The position numbers were made by a program, and so were the translations under genes. Shown here in pieces: positions 16,592 to 26,068 of a stretch of DNA of 64,000 nt (position 1 is the first letter of the stretch; every line of letters begins with the position of its first letter). The DNA is from Candidatus Woykebacteria bacterium (GTDB lineage: Bacteria > Patescibacteriota > Microgenomatia > Woykebacterales > RBG-16-39-9b), in the NCBI GenBank assembly GCA_040876265.1, contig JBBDPN010000001.1, positions 438,208-502,207 of the forward strand, written 5' to 3'. The notes below the pieces were generated by a model. It saw only the letters and a program-made list of their open reading frames with translations. It made no database searches and was not told the origin of the DNA.

Positions 16592-17272
16592 CTAGATAAA
16601 TGTGGTTATTATTATAAGTGTGTAAACTAATACTCCAAATGCGAAATATTCTGGCCTCCCCTTGGCTTCTCTGGGGATAAAATCTATCATCGCTATATAG
16701 AGAAATATTCCAACCACCAGACCAAAAAGTAAGTTGAACAATTGGTCAAACCCCAGTAAAACCTCGGCAATTAACACTCCTATCAATGTGGACGCGGACA
16801 GAAGGATTTTTATGAATGGCCTCTCCCACACTCTTACATGTATTTTTTCCAAAGCTATAACACCTACAGAAGAATAAAAAAGTACCGGCAGGAAAAACAG
16901 AAACGAATCCAGGTTACTTATATTGTTCAGTCTCACCAAAATTACACCAATTAATAAGTGGTAAACAAAAAAGGCTAGTGAATGGAGAATGCCAAGCCTC
17001 TCCCTTAGTACCTGCGGTGCAGAGTGTTGATATATGTATTTTTCCGTTATATGGGCAATGGCAAAGCCTGAAAGAAGAGCGATAAAAATAAACCTATCGA
17101 ATACTTCAAATCCCTTGTAAACTTCTGGAAGCAAGTCCAGGAAAACATATGTAACTGAGATTCCAGCTACAAAGGAGATAAATCGTGTTCTTATGTATTC
17201 CTGACGTATCTGGATCTTTTCGTTCCAAAAGTGAGTGGCGCCTAGAAGTAGGCTGAAAACTACTGGCAGCAT
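16592..17272 (-). CDS. Polytopic membrane protein, ZIP-like metal transporter candidate
   Basis: Several TM helices with SFVAGISVTYVFLDLLPE and GIFLYIAMIDFIP; adjacent to the copper operon. Confidence 0.5.
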   Translation of the reverse strand: MLPVVFSLLLGATHFWNEKIQIRQEYIRTRFISFVAGISVTYVFLDLLPEVYKGFEVFDRFIFIALLSGFAIAHITEKYIYQHSAPQVLRERLGILHSLAFFVYHLLIGVILVRLNNISNLDSFLFFLPVLFYSSVGVIALEKIHVRVWERPFIKILLSASTLIGVLIAEVLLGFDQLFNLLFGLVVGIFLYIAMIDFIPREAKGRPEYFAFGVLVYTLIIITTFI

Positions 17273-17365
17273 ATTTTTATATTCGCAGATTTACACCTCT
17301 CTTGCAAATACTTCTAGGTTATTGTAACCTATAATCCTTAACTTACGGCCCACTGCCTAGAAATC

Positions 17366-18076
17366 ATGATTTCACTGAAAAATAAAAAACTTCTCGTAGT
17401 CGCTGCTCATCCTGACGATGAAACTCTAGGATGTGGCGGTCTCATTTCAAAAATAAAAGAGGTAGGGGGGAAGGTCTACGTCCCTTTCCTCACCAACGGT
17501 ACTACTCAAGATTTTTCGGCCAAAGGGATCTCAACTTCTAGAGAACGTGAGAAAGAAATAGAGTCTGTAGCTAACTTTCTCGACTATGATGATTACAAAA
17601 TATCTTTACCGGGCAACGAATATCACCTACAGCTGGACAAAATAGGCCAAAAACAGCTAATTCATGAGATAGAAAGAGGACAAGACATTTCCTTGGAGCA
17701 AATAAAACCCGATATTATTGCTTTTCACTCTCACAAAGATTACAACCAAGACCATGAAGCGGTGGCCAAAGCGGCCTTTTCTGCTTGCCGACCGGCGGTA
17801 AAAACAAGTAAATTTGTTCCTGAAACTATCCTTTCATTTGAAGAACCAATGGACTTTTGGTCCTTAGAACAAAACATCAATCCAAATTTTTTTGTTGAGC
17901 TCTCGCAAAAACAGCTGAATAAAAAACTCGCTGCGTTGAAGCTTTATAAGAGTCAACTAAAAGAGAGGGGCAACCCCAGACATCTGGATGCGATAAGATC
18001 GCTGGCAATCTACCGAGGATCGGCGATTGGAAAGATTTTTGCTGAGGGATTTTACTGCCACAAAATGCAAGCATGA
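17366..18076 (+). CDS. PIG-L/LmbE-family N-acetylglucosaminyl deacetylase
   Basis: VVAAHPDDETLGCGG, DYNQDH, KKLAALKLYKSQ, AEGF. Confidence 0.88.
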   Translation: MISLKNKKLLVVAAHPDDETLGCGGLISKIKEVGGKVYVPFLTNGTTQDFSAKGISTSREREKEIESVANFLDYDDYKISLPGNEYHLQLDKIGQKQLIHEIERGQDISLEQIKPDIIAFHSHKDYNQDHEAVAKAAFSACRPAVKTSKFVPETILSFEEPMDFWSLEQNINPNFFVELSQKQLNKKLAALKLYKSQLKERGNPRHLDAIRSLAIYRGSAIGKIFAEGFYCHKMQA

Positions 18077-18885
18077 GATATACAGGTATACAACCCCAAT
18101 ATTTCCCAAGGCTTCACTATTTTGCCAGAATATTAAATACTGATATATTTATGGCTCGGGATGACGTCCAATATGTGAAGAAGCATAAGTATCCGGACGG
18201 AAGAACCGATAAATCTTACCAGTCACACACACCAATAAAGCAATCCTTTGGCCGCCATTTACTCTCCGTACCGGTGGAAGATAAATTTTCCCCGATCAAT
18301 AAAACTTCTATTTCCTACGACCCAGATTGGGTAGCTGATCATCTGAAGACCTTGCAATTTGCCTACGGTCGGTCTGCAAATTTCAAAAAACTATTTCCCG
18401 AACTTGAGCAAGCCCTAACCGCAAAGTTTAAAACCATCGCTGATATTAACCTAGCCACTATAGTCTGGGGAATTTTACACTTACTTGGTGAGAAAGAGAT
18501 AAGTATCAAAAAATTAACAATTGGCTATGTTAATAATTTACTAGCAGATCAATCGATATTCCGTCTGAAAAAGATAAGTAGAGCCTCTTTTTCAGAAGCT
18601 GCCCGTGAAATAGAAAAACTGCATCCAAACGAGAAGATCATCGCTCTGTGCAAGGAAGTCGGTGCGACCGAAGATTATTGCGGCGGGACAGGAGCAACCG
18701 CCTATATGGACGAAACCTTTTATAAAGAAAGCGGTATAAAAATTAAAGTCCAGGACTGGAAGTGTGATGAATACCATCAACTATTCACTAAGCAGCAAGG
18801 TTTTATACCCAATCTTTCCATAATAGATCTACTAATGAACACCAGCTTAAAAGAGGCACAAAACATCATAGCCTCAAATGATTAG
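18073..18885 (+). CDS. WbqC-like protein
   Basis: IQPQYFP.LHYF..DDVQY..Y.GGTGATAY..FIPNLSIIDLLMN. Confidence 0.85.
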   Translation: MRYTGIQPQYFPRLHYFARILNTDIFMARDDVQYVKKHKYPDGRTDKSYQSHTPIKQSFGRHLLSVPVEDKFSPINKTSISYDPDWVADHLKTLQFAYGRSANFKKLFPELEQALTAKFKTIADINLATIVWGILHLLGEKEISIKKLTIGYVNNLLADQSIFRLKKISRASFSEAAREIEKLHPNEKIIALCKEVGATEDYCGGTGATAYMDETFYKESGIKIKVQDWKCDEYHQLFTKQQGFIPNLSIIDLLMNTSLKEAQNIIASND

Positions 18886-20137
18886 AAAAATCGCCGCTTT
18901 GCCAAAACGCTTGAAATTTTTATTATTGGTTGTCTCCGTAGTATTTTTGCTAGCTCTAACCGTCATTGCTATACATCTACTAGGCAATAAAGAGCCCACA
19001 GATCAACCATCTGACCCTAAACGAGATGTAATTGGCGCCAGTACACTTTCGCCCAATAGTCCTATCAGTGAAAGGCGAGCTGATCAGACAAAATTAAACG
19101 AAGGAATTACCAGTATAAAATCAAGTATAAAAGCAGAAAAATTTGTGCTAAAAATTCTCTATTACCGAGCTTCAATTCCTTATTGGGATCAACAAAGGGC
19201 TTTTGCATCTTTCAGGGAAAATGTCTCATCGTTTGATTACTTAACCCTTTTTTGGTACACATTGCGAGCCGATGGTAGTATCCGCAAATATATTTACGCG
19301 GTTGAGGATAAAACTATTATTGATTTCGCGCATAAAAATGGTGTGAAAGTATTTGGCTTGATCGCCAATTTGCCAGATGAGGATGAGGGCGGTAGTTGGG
19401 ATAGTGACCGAGTCGCAAAGGTGATTGGCTCTTCAAGCGCTCGCGCTAGCCATATCAATAATATAGTCAACCTCGCCGAAAAAATGAATTTTGATGGTAT
19501 TAGTATTGATTACGAAGAACTAGAAACTTCCCAGAAAAATAATTTTACTATTTTTATCCGTGATCTAGCTTCTGCTTTACATAAAAAAGGCAAGCTTCTG
19601 GGCCTGGCAATCCACCCAAAAACCAGTGAAGGAAAGCCGTCGGAGGACAACGGCTCCGCAGCCCAGGATCTTTTAGCGCTTTCTCTTGCCGCCGATCAAC
19701 TTTATTTCATGGCTTATGGCGAGCATTGGGACGACTCGGATGCTGGGCCAATTGCGGGAGTACCTTGGGTAAGTCGGGTGATAAATTACGCTTTGTCTAT
19801 CGGCGTACCTCGCAAGAAAATATTTATGGGTGTGCCGCTTTACGGCTTGGATTGGCCAAAAAATGGTGCTGGTTACGGCACGGCCAATGGTCTTACTTAT
19901 TCTGAGGTTGCTTCATTGTTAAAAACTTACAACCCAAAGGTAAGTATAGATACTATCGAAGGCGCGGCTCACTTTACCTATAAAAGTGGGGGCAAAACCC
20001 ACGAAGTTTGGTTTGAAAATTATCAAAGTATCCAGCCTAAGCTATCGTTTGCCAAAAGCCTAGGTATATCGGCCACTTTTTGGCGGCTGGGTGGTGAAGA
20101 TCCCCGCATCTGGCCCACCCTCAGCAGTTTCCGCTAA
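18878..20137 (+). CDS. Membrane-anchored glycoside hydrolase family 18
   Basis: N-terminal TM; FDGISIDYE catalytic motif; FMAYGEHW, GVPLYG.DW, FWRLGGED. Confidence 0.88.
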   Translation: MIRKIAALPKRLKFLLLVVSVVFLLALTVIAIHLLGNKEPTDQPSDPKRDVIGASTLSPNSPISERRADQTKLNEGITSIKSSIKAEKFVLKILYYRASIPYWDQQRAFASFRENVSSFDYLTLFWYTLRADGSIRKYIYAVEDKTIIDFAHKNGVKVFGLIANLPDEDEGGSWDSDRVAKVIGSSSARASHINNIVNLAEKMNFDGISIDYEELETSQKNNFTIFIRDLASALHKKGKLLGLAIHPKTSEGKPSEDNGSAAQDLLALSLAADQLYFMAYGEHWDDSDAGPIAGVPWVSRVINYALSIGVPRKKIFMGVPLYGLDWPKNGAGYGTANGLTYSEVASLLKTYNPKVSIDTIEGAAHFTYKSGGKTHEVWFENYQSIQPKLSFAKSLGISATFWRLGGEDPRIWPTLSSFR

Positions 20138-20210
20138 TCTTGCATTACTACAGGATTTTCCTTATAATTCATCGGCAAAATTCAATATCAAAGAAAGGGA
20201 GGATCAAGTC

Positions 20211-20828
20211 GTGTCATTCGACCGCAAGGCTTATGCTTTGGAGGAACTCGCTAGACTTCTGTCGACTCTTGGACCCGAGGCAAGAATCCTGACGGAAAAC
20301 CTTCCCTACTCGGCAGTGGTGGGTTGGCCCTTTGTCCGCAGTGATGGTTCAGCGGGAATGCAGACTCGCACCCGTGTTTGGGACGGCGCCTTTGCGTTCG
20401 CGCTCGATGAAGAAACCCATAAGATGTTCGTGGTCCGACAGCAACGGGAAACGCCCGACGGTTTAATTCGAACAGTCGAGATACCGGGCGGCGGCATCGA
20501 CCCTGGTAATTCACCGCTCGAGCAAGCGATCGCCGAGCTCAAAGAAGAAACGGGAGTAGTTCCTACCTCCGATGAGGTGCACCAGTTCGGCCCAGTGAAG
20601 GGTTTCAACCCAATCGACGGGCTGATTTGGACCGAGCAGTACCCATTTCTGTTTCCGAAAGCTCGTAAGGAGCTTGAACCAGAATCCGGCCACGAAGTTC
20701 ACCTTATGTCTATCTCGGAAATTATTGAGATGGACAATAAGAACTTCTTCCGCGATCCGTACTCACCCTACGTGGTAAGACGAATCCAAGACTGGCTGAA
20801 GAAGAACCGGCCGGAACTGCTAACCTAG
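20211..20828 (+). CDS. NUDIX hydrolase
   Basis: Nudix box GGGIDPGNSPLEQAIAELKEETG. GTG 20211 has SD AAGGGAGG; promoter TTGCAT-17-TATAAT (20140-20168). Confidence 0.8.
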   Translation: MSFDRKAYALEELARLLSTLGPEARILTENLPYSAVVGWPFVRSDGSAGMQTRTRVWDGAFAFALDEETHKMFVVRQQRETPDGLIRTVEIPGGGIDPGNSPLEQAIAELKEETGVVPTSDEVHQFGPVKGFNPIDGLIWTEQYPFLFPKARKELEPESGHEVHLMSISEIIEMDNKNFFRDPYSPYVVRRIQDWLKKNRPELLT

Positions 20829-20848
20829 CCAAACAACTGCCTACAACG

Positions 20849-20883
20849 ATCGCTCCGTTTCTGCCAACGGAGCGATTTTTTTT
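20849..20883 (+). terminator. Rho-independent terminator
   Basis: ATCGCTCCGTT-6-AACGGAGCGAT followed by a T-run, between convergent genes. Confidence 0.8.
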
Positions 20884-21631
20884 ATAGAGTAAATACTTTG
20901 TCCTTGAGGATCTCGGTGAGGATATTTTTTCGGGGGTATTCTTCTAGTAGTTCTTGATAAAACCCCTCACCATACTCTACCTTTATTTGCTGTCCGCGGG
21001 TGATTGCCCAACGGCGAGTTTTTTCTACAGCGTCCATTTTGCCTTTTTCCAGGAAACCCATCTGGCTCTTGTGGTTACCGAACGCCTTTAACTTTTGGTC
21101 TATTGTCTCTGAAATATCCACAATCGTGTTTACAGTAACGATCTGACCATCAGGACCAATCAAACCTTGCGGGTCAGTGTGATAAACATAAGGATATTTC
21201 TTTAAAGCTGGAGCCTTTGTACCCGCTGGGAAATTTGGGTGAGTGGTCTCCGGCACTGCCCAGAGAACAAGCTTACCCGTATGAAAATGGTCGGTCATGT
21301 AATCTGTGGTTGGGTGGGTTATTATCACGTCCGGTGAAAATTCTCTAATTAGTTTTACAACTTTCTTTGTAGTTTCCAGATCATAGCTCAAACTACCATC
21401 AGGCAAGCCTACGTTAATAAATTTTGCGCCAAGTACTTTGGCCGCCTTCTCTGACTCTTCTCTTCGTATTTTAACTATTTTTTCGGCAGGGAGTTGCCTA
21501 GAACCACACTCCCCAGCGGTAAGGGCGGCGATCAAAATCTCGCAACCTTCCTTGGCTAGCAGAGCAAGGGTACCCCCTGCAAATTGTTCTACATCATCTG
21601 GGTGCCCACCGATGGCTAATATCTTCTTCAT
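20882..21631 (-). CDS. PIG-L/LmbE-family deacetylase
   Basis: AIGGHPDDVE..GGTL, ITH..DYMTDH, KLKAF.NHKSQ. Confidence 0.88.
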   Translation of the reverse strand: MKKILAIGGHPDDVEQFAGGTLALLAKEGCEILIAALTAGECGSRQLPAEKIVKIRREESEKAAKVLGAKFINVGLPDGSLSYDLETTKKVVKLIREFSPDVIITHPTTDYMTDHFHTGKLVLWAVPETTHPNFPAGTKAPALKKYPYVYHTDPQGLIGPDGQIVTVNTIVDISETIDQKLKAFGNHKSQMGFLEKGKMDAVEKTRRWAITRGQQIKVEYGEGFYQELLEEYPRKNILTEILKDKVFTL

Positions 21632-22914
21632 ACCTTTGCTACTCCCAACTGCTCGGCACTCCTGGTAGGTGGGACCCAGCGACCAGAGGAGGATCCGAAA
21701 AACCCAGGAATGATAGAGCTAAGCAGTACTAGTGAAACTACAAAATGCATAAAAAAGAAAAATAATCCGTAAATTATAAACTGCGGCTTGCGGTTGATCA
21801 AGCCAATCACCACCGTGACTGCGTAATCGATGAGAAAAGTGCCGACGAAAATATCACTCAAACTTAGGGTTTTGTAGGGCCCAATATGCTGATAAAGGTT
21901 GTTAAAGCTATCCAAGATAAAGCCCGCTCCAGCATACCAAGGAGAGAGTAGGTAAAGCAGTAAAAACGGCACGAACAAAACAAAGATGGAATTGGCGATC
22001 ACTTCAAAGGAGAACACGCCAAGGGTTAACCAAAAAAACGATGGCCAGATACCGTTTGCTCGAACTGTCTGGAAAAAACCAATATTCCAACGTCTGACCT
22101 GACCAACGTAATCTTTCAAATTGTCTGGGTATTGATCCCAGGCAATTAGGGAGGGGTGGTAACCAAGTTTTGCTAGCCTTTTTTTGTGGAATTGAAAAGC
22201 CAGATTGAAATCCTCGATTAAAATCCCTGGTGTATCGATTTGTAACTGTTTCAATATTTCCGATCGATAAATTGTACAAAAGCCCGGTATCACGTAGTTC
22301 ACGCTGGTATATTTCCAGGTCTGGCCAAAAATCAACAGGTACTGCAACATCCGGTTGAGCCTTTCCCTATAGGAAATAAAATAATATTTTAGGTTCGGTA
22401 TCCAATGCTGACGCCAAGTTATTTTTGAGGCTGCAAACACTACCCCAATATCCGCATCGTTGAAAAAAGGTAAGGCTTTTTTTATAAGTTCTCCATCAGG
22501 ACGAGTATCAGCATCTAGTATAAAAATTAGTTTGTATCTGTCAAAAAGCCGGAAGCGGCGCAGCAAATAAACCAACGCTCTTGCCTTACCACGACCAGGA
22601 TTTAGATACGAAACATGGCAGCCTTCCATGCGGGCGCGGCGATATGTTTTGTCAGTGCAGCCATCAGCCGCGACATAGATTTGCTTTGGACTGAGCATCT
22701 GCTTCAACGCTTTGATGGAACCCCGGATGACCAGTTCTTCATTGTGGGCTGGTAAGATAACAGCGATATCCTCTGGGTTCATCTTATTGGTACCGGTAAC
22801 CGGGTAAATAGATTTCCTAATAAATTTTTCCCAGATTAGCCGCAGCAGTCCAACGATCGACCAAAAAGCAATACTTATACCTATAGGTAAGCCAAAGGGG
22901 GAAATGGGTTTCAT
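21628..22914 (-). CDS. Processive-type GT2 glycosyltransferase (PgaC/IcaA/CesA-like)
   Basis: LPAHNEE, ADGCTD, GKARAL, LDAD, IED, QVRRW; N- and C-terminal TM helices. Confidence 0.88.
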   Translation of the reverse strand: MKPISPFGLPIGISIAFWSIVGLLRLIWEKFIRKSIYPVTGTNKMNPEDIAVILPAHNEELVIRGSIKALKQMLSPKQIYVAADGCTDKTYRRARMEGCHVSYLNPGRGKARALVYLLRRFRLFDRYKLIFILDADTRPDGELIKKALPFFNDADIGVVFAASKITWRQHWIPNLKYYFISYRERLNRMLQYLLIFGQTWKYTSVNYVIPGFCTIYRSEILKQLQIDTPGILIEDFNLAFQFHKKRLAKLGYHPSLIAWDQYPDNLKDYVGQVRRWNIGFFQTVRANGIWPSFFWLTLGVFSFEVIANSIFVLFVPFLLLYLLSPWYAGAGFILDSFNNLYQHIGPYKTLSLSDIFVGTFLIDYAVTVVIGLINRKPQFIIYGLFFFFMHFVVSLVLLSSIIPGFFGSSSGRWVPPTRSAEQLGVAKV

Positions 22915-22916
22915 TT

Positions 22917-23873
22917 TTACCTCACAGTTTGGGATGTAGAGATGATTATAAGGCGGGACAGCCCGTCTTCCAAGCCAACACTTGGCGACCAGCCCAGAGA
23001 AGAAATTTTAGTGAGGTCTGGACGTCTAGACTGATGATCGTGAGCTGGTCTCTTTACATATGAAATTCCAACTTTACTGCTGAAAAGTCTGATCATAGTT
23101 TGGGCTAGGTCTTTTACAGCTATCTCTTTGACCCCACCAATATTATACGGTTCTCCGTTTTTACCCTCTCTCATCACCAGGAGTAACCCGTTTACTAAGT
23201 CAGCCACGTGGCAAAAAGTTCTCATCTGAGTTCCATCGCCATGAACAGTGAGAGGAGCACCTTTTTTTATTTGCTGAATATATTTTGGAATTATCCGTTC
23301 ATCCTTTTCGGACATATTAGGACCGTAAGTATTGAAAACCCTCACTATTTTTCCCCTCAAGCCGTATTTGCGAACATACATGATAACCAAACTTTCGGCC
23401 AGCCGTTTACCTTCCTCGTATGGGCTTCTGATCCCGATTGGGTCCACATTTCCAGAATAGCTCTCCTCCTGAGGAAAAACCTTTGGATCGCCGTAAACTT
23501 CAGATGAGCTAGTGAATAGAAATTTAGAGCCGCTTTTTCTCGCTATTTCAAGAATATTCCTAGTACCCACCGAACACGTCAACAGCATTTCTTCGGCCAA
23601 AGTAACTAGGTTTGGAACTCCGGTTGGACACGCCAGGTGGTAAATCTCTGAAAACCGCTCGTGGATCAAATCTTCTACCTGACCTGCATCCAAATTTACT
23701 ATATCTGCTCTGATAAATTTAAAGTTGGAGTCACCGGAGAATTTTCTTATATTTTTAGGTTCACCAGTAATAAAATTATCGATGCCGACAACGTAGTAGC
23801 TCTCTTTAAGAAGCCGTCCTACCAAATTGCTGCCTATAAAACCAGCTGCTCCGGTTACCAAAACTTTTTTCAC
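22917..23873 (-). CDS. NAD-dependent epimerase/dehydratase, UDP-glucuronate decarboxylase-like
   Basis: TGAAGFIGS, IYHLAC, SSSEVYGDP, PIG.RS.YEEGKR, FNTYGP. Confidence 0.85.
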   Translation of the reverse strand: MKKVLVTGAAGFIGSNLVGRLLKESYYVVGIDNFITGEPKNIRKFSGDSNFKFIRADIVNLDAGQVEDLIHERFSEIYHLACPTGVPNLVTLAEEMLLTCSVGTRNILEIARKSGSKFLFTSSSEVYGDPKVFPQEESYSGNVDPIGIRSPYEEGKRLAESLVIMYVRKYGLRGKIVRVFNTYGPNMSEKDERIIPKYIQQIKKGAPLTVHGDGTQMRTFCHVADLVNGLLLVMREGKNGEPYNIGGVKEIAVKDLAQTMIRLFSSKVGISYVKRPAHDHQSRRPDLTKISSLGWSPSVGLEDGLSRLIIISTSQTVR

Positions 23874-25156
23874 GATAGCCTCTCTTCCCCAAATGAAACT
23901 TTGTCCTTTTTAAACTGTCTTAACACGTTCCTAGTATCAATGATTGGCACATCAACATCAGCGAAGAGTTCGTAAGGAATATTTTGGTGGTGGGTAGCAA
24001 TCACGATGACGTCTTGCTCTAGCACTAATTCCCTAGTTAATATAGATGAAGTAAAACCATTGTATTTTGGTACGTACGGATCAAAATAGTTGACCTCAAA
24101 ACCTTCTTTCTCTGCTTCCACCATTATTTTTAGGGCTGGAGATTCCCTGGTGTCAGCAGTATCCGGTTTGTAGGCAATACCAAGCAGAAGCATCTTTTTG
24201 TTCTTTGCGTCCGAGCGGCCATTGGTAAGCCCCTTTGCAGCTGCGACAATTTTTTTTGGCTGAAGGTCATTAACCAACACTGCTGATTTAAGTATAGGCA
24301 GGTCAATATTTTTACTTGCTGCTTCTTCAAGCAAATAAACAGGATCCACTGGTATACAGTGACCACCCACTCCGGGCCCAGGGTAATGAGGAAGGAAACC
24401 AAAAGGTTTTGTGGCGGCGGCATTTATTGCTTCCCAAATATCAATTCCGGCAGCGTCAGCGTAATGTTTCATTTCGTTTATAAAACTGACATTCACCAAC
24501 CGGAAGGAGTTTTCGAGCATCTTGGTTAGCTCGGCTACTTCTGGAGAGCTGGTTACGACAACCTCATCGACGAATTTAGAATAAAAAGCCGCTGTCAGTT
24601 GCGGTGCCGTCTTACCCAAACCACCCACTATCTTCGGAGTATTTTTTAGATGAAACTTAGCGTTCCCAGGATCCACTCGTTCCGGGGAGAAGGCAAGGAA
24701 AAAATCCTCCTCGTGTCTTCGACCGTGTAATGTCAGTAGCGGCAGAACAAAATTCCTAGTTGTACCCGGTGCGACTGTACTCTCGATAATTATCAGCTGG
24801 TTTTTGGTGTGAAACTTTGACAGGGCCTGGGCTGCCTGTTGAAGAAAGCGCAGATCCGGCTTTTTATTTTCGTCTAGGGGAGTGGGAACACAAATACAGA
24901 TCACTTCACATGTTTCCAGCTCTTCAATGAACTTGGATCCGATGAACAGTTTGTGCTCTATTCGGGAGTACTTACTCTCGTCCAAGTCGTAACCAAAGGT
25001 ACGAATACCGCTTTCAACTAGTGAGGCTGTCAGTGCTTGGCCAACATAACCAACACCAACTATCCCCACTCTTACTTTCCCGCTAGAGATCTTTTCTTCG
25101 AGCTCACTCGAAAAGACCCCACCGACAGTTTTTAATTCAAACTTAGATAATTCCAC
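23870..25156 (-). CDS. Nucleotide-sugar (UDP-HexNAc/UDP-Glc) 6-dehydrogenase
   Basis: GVGYVG, ICVPTP, ESTVAPGTT, FSPERVDPG, GVGGHCIPVDP. Confidence 0.9.
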   Translation of the reverse strand: MELSKFELKTVGGVFSSELEEKISSGKVRVGIVGVGYVGQALTASLVESGIRTFGYDLDESKYSRIEHKLFIGSKFIEELETCEVICICVPTPLDENKKPDLRFLQQAAQALSKFHTKNQLIIIESTVAPGTTRNFVLPLLTLHGRRHEEDFFLAFSPERVDPGNAKFHLKNTPKIVGGLGKTAPQLTAAFYSKFVDEVVVTSSPEVAELTKMLENSFRLVNVSFINEMKHYADAAGIDIWEAINAAATKPFGFLPHYPGPGVGGHCIPVDPVYLLEEAASKNIDLPILKSAVLVNDLQPKKIVAAAKGLTNGRSDAKNKKMLLLGIAYKPDTADTRESPALKIMVEAEKEGFEVNYFDPYVPKYNGFTSSILTRELVLEQDVIVIATHHQNIPYELFADVDVPIIDTRNVLRQFKKDKVSFGEERLS

Positions 25157-25296
25157 CCTCTTTGGTTCCTGGGCAGTCTAGCTATGAGCAGTTTGAAAAT
25201 TTAAAAAAGTGAGCAGAAGAGTAAGGGGCAGAGAGCAGAAAAGATAAATCTTTATATCATTCTAGTTCATCGCAGGTTCGCTGTCAATAGGAAAAA

Positions 25297-26064
25297 TTAT
25301 CGGTTTAAAATTTCCAACAATTCCTCATGTATCGTTCCATTTGTAACTAGTAGCTGAGAAGATTTCAGGTTCCAACCCCCACCATCCAAAGTGGTGGTTT
25401 TGCCGCCTGCTTCTTCAACTAGCAACAACCCACCAAGGAAATCCCAGATATTTATTCCCTGAATGATAAATGCATCAAGACGACCCGAGGCTACGTAGGC
25501 AAGTTCCAAAGAAGCACTGGAAAGGACTCTTGGGCTTTTTATTTTTGGGTAAACTTTGTCAAAAAGATCAAGCATTAAGGCTCTACTTTTACTATCTCTA
25601 CCTCTAGAGAAAGATAAAGTGCAATCGGAAACTTTACCTATATCAGAAACTTCTATTTTTTCCCCGTTCCAAAAAGCCCCCGCACCTTTTTCTGCTGTAA
25701 ACAAGGTGTTCGTAATAGAATTGTAAACAACCGCCATGGTGGTTTCTTTTTTGTGTGTGAGAGCTATGGACGTAGCAAATATCGGTATTCCCCTAGTAAA
25801 ATTGTTTGTTCCATCAAGAGGATCAATCATCCAAACATGCTCGTCGGCTTCTCCAATTGTCCCAGCTTCCTCACTAAGAATTTGGTGCCCAGGAAAATTT
25901 TTTTGGATCTGCTCAACAATTATTTTCTCGGCTTCAAGATCTGCTTTTGTGACAAAGGATTTATCTTCCTTTTCGTGAAGCTCGAGTATAGTCTCGAAAT
26001 GCTCTTCAAGCCTCTCACCAGCGATTTTTGCTGCCCTAATTGCTACGTCAAGTTCTTTACTCAT
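25297..26064 (-). CDS. Inositol monophosphatase family protein (possibly IMPase/FBPase)
   Basis: VTKAD..LSEE..WMIDPLDGTNNF..WD..GG.L.VEEAGG. Confidence 0.88.
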   Translation of the reverse strand: MSKELDVAIRAAKIAGERLEEHFETILELHEKEDKSFVTKADLEAEKIIVEQIQKNFPGHQILSEEAGTIGEADEHVWMIDPLDGTNNFTRGIPIFATSIALTHKKETTMAVVYNSITNTLFTAEKGAGAFWNGEKIEVSDIGKVSDCTLSFSRGRDSKSRALMLDLFDKVYPKIKSPRVLSSASLELAYVASGRLDAFIIQGINIWDFLGGLLLVEEAGGKTTTLDGGGWNLKSSQLLVTNGTIHEELLEILNR

Positions 26065-26068
26065 ATTA

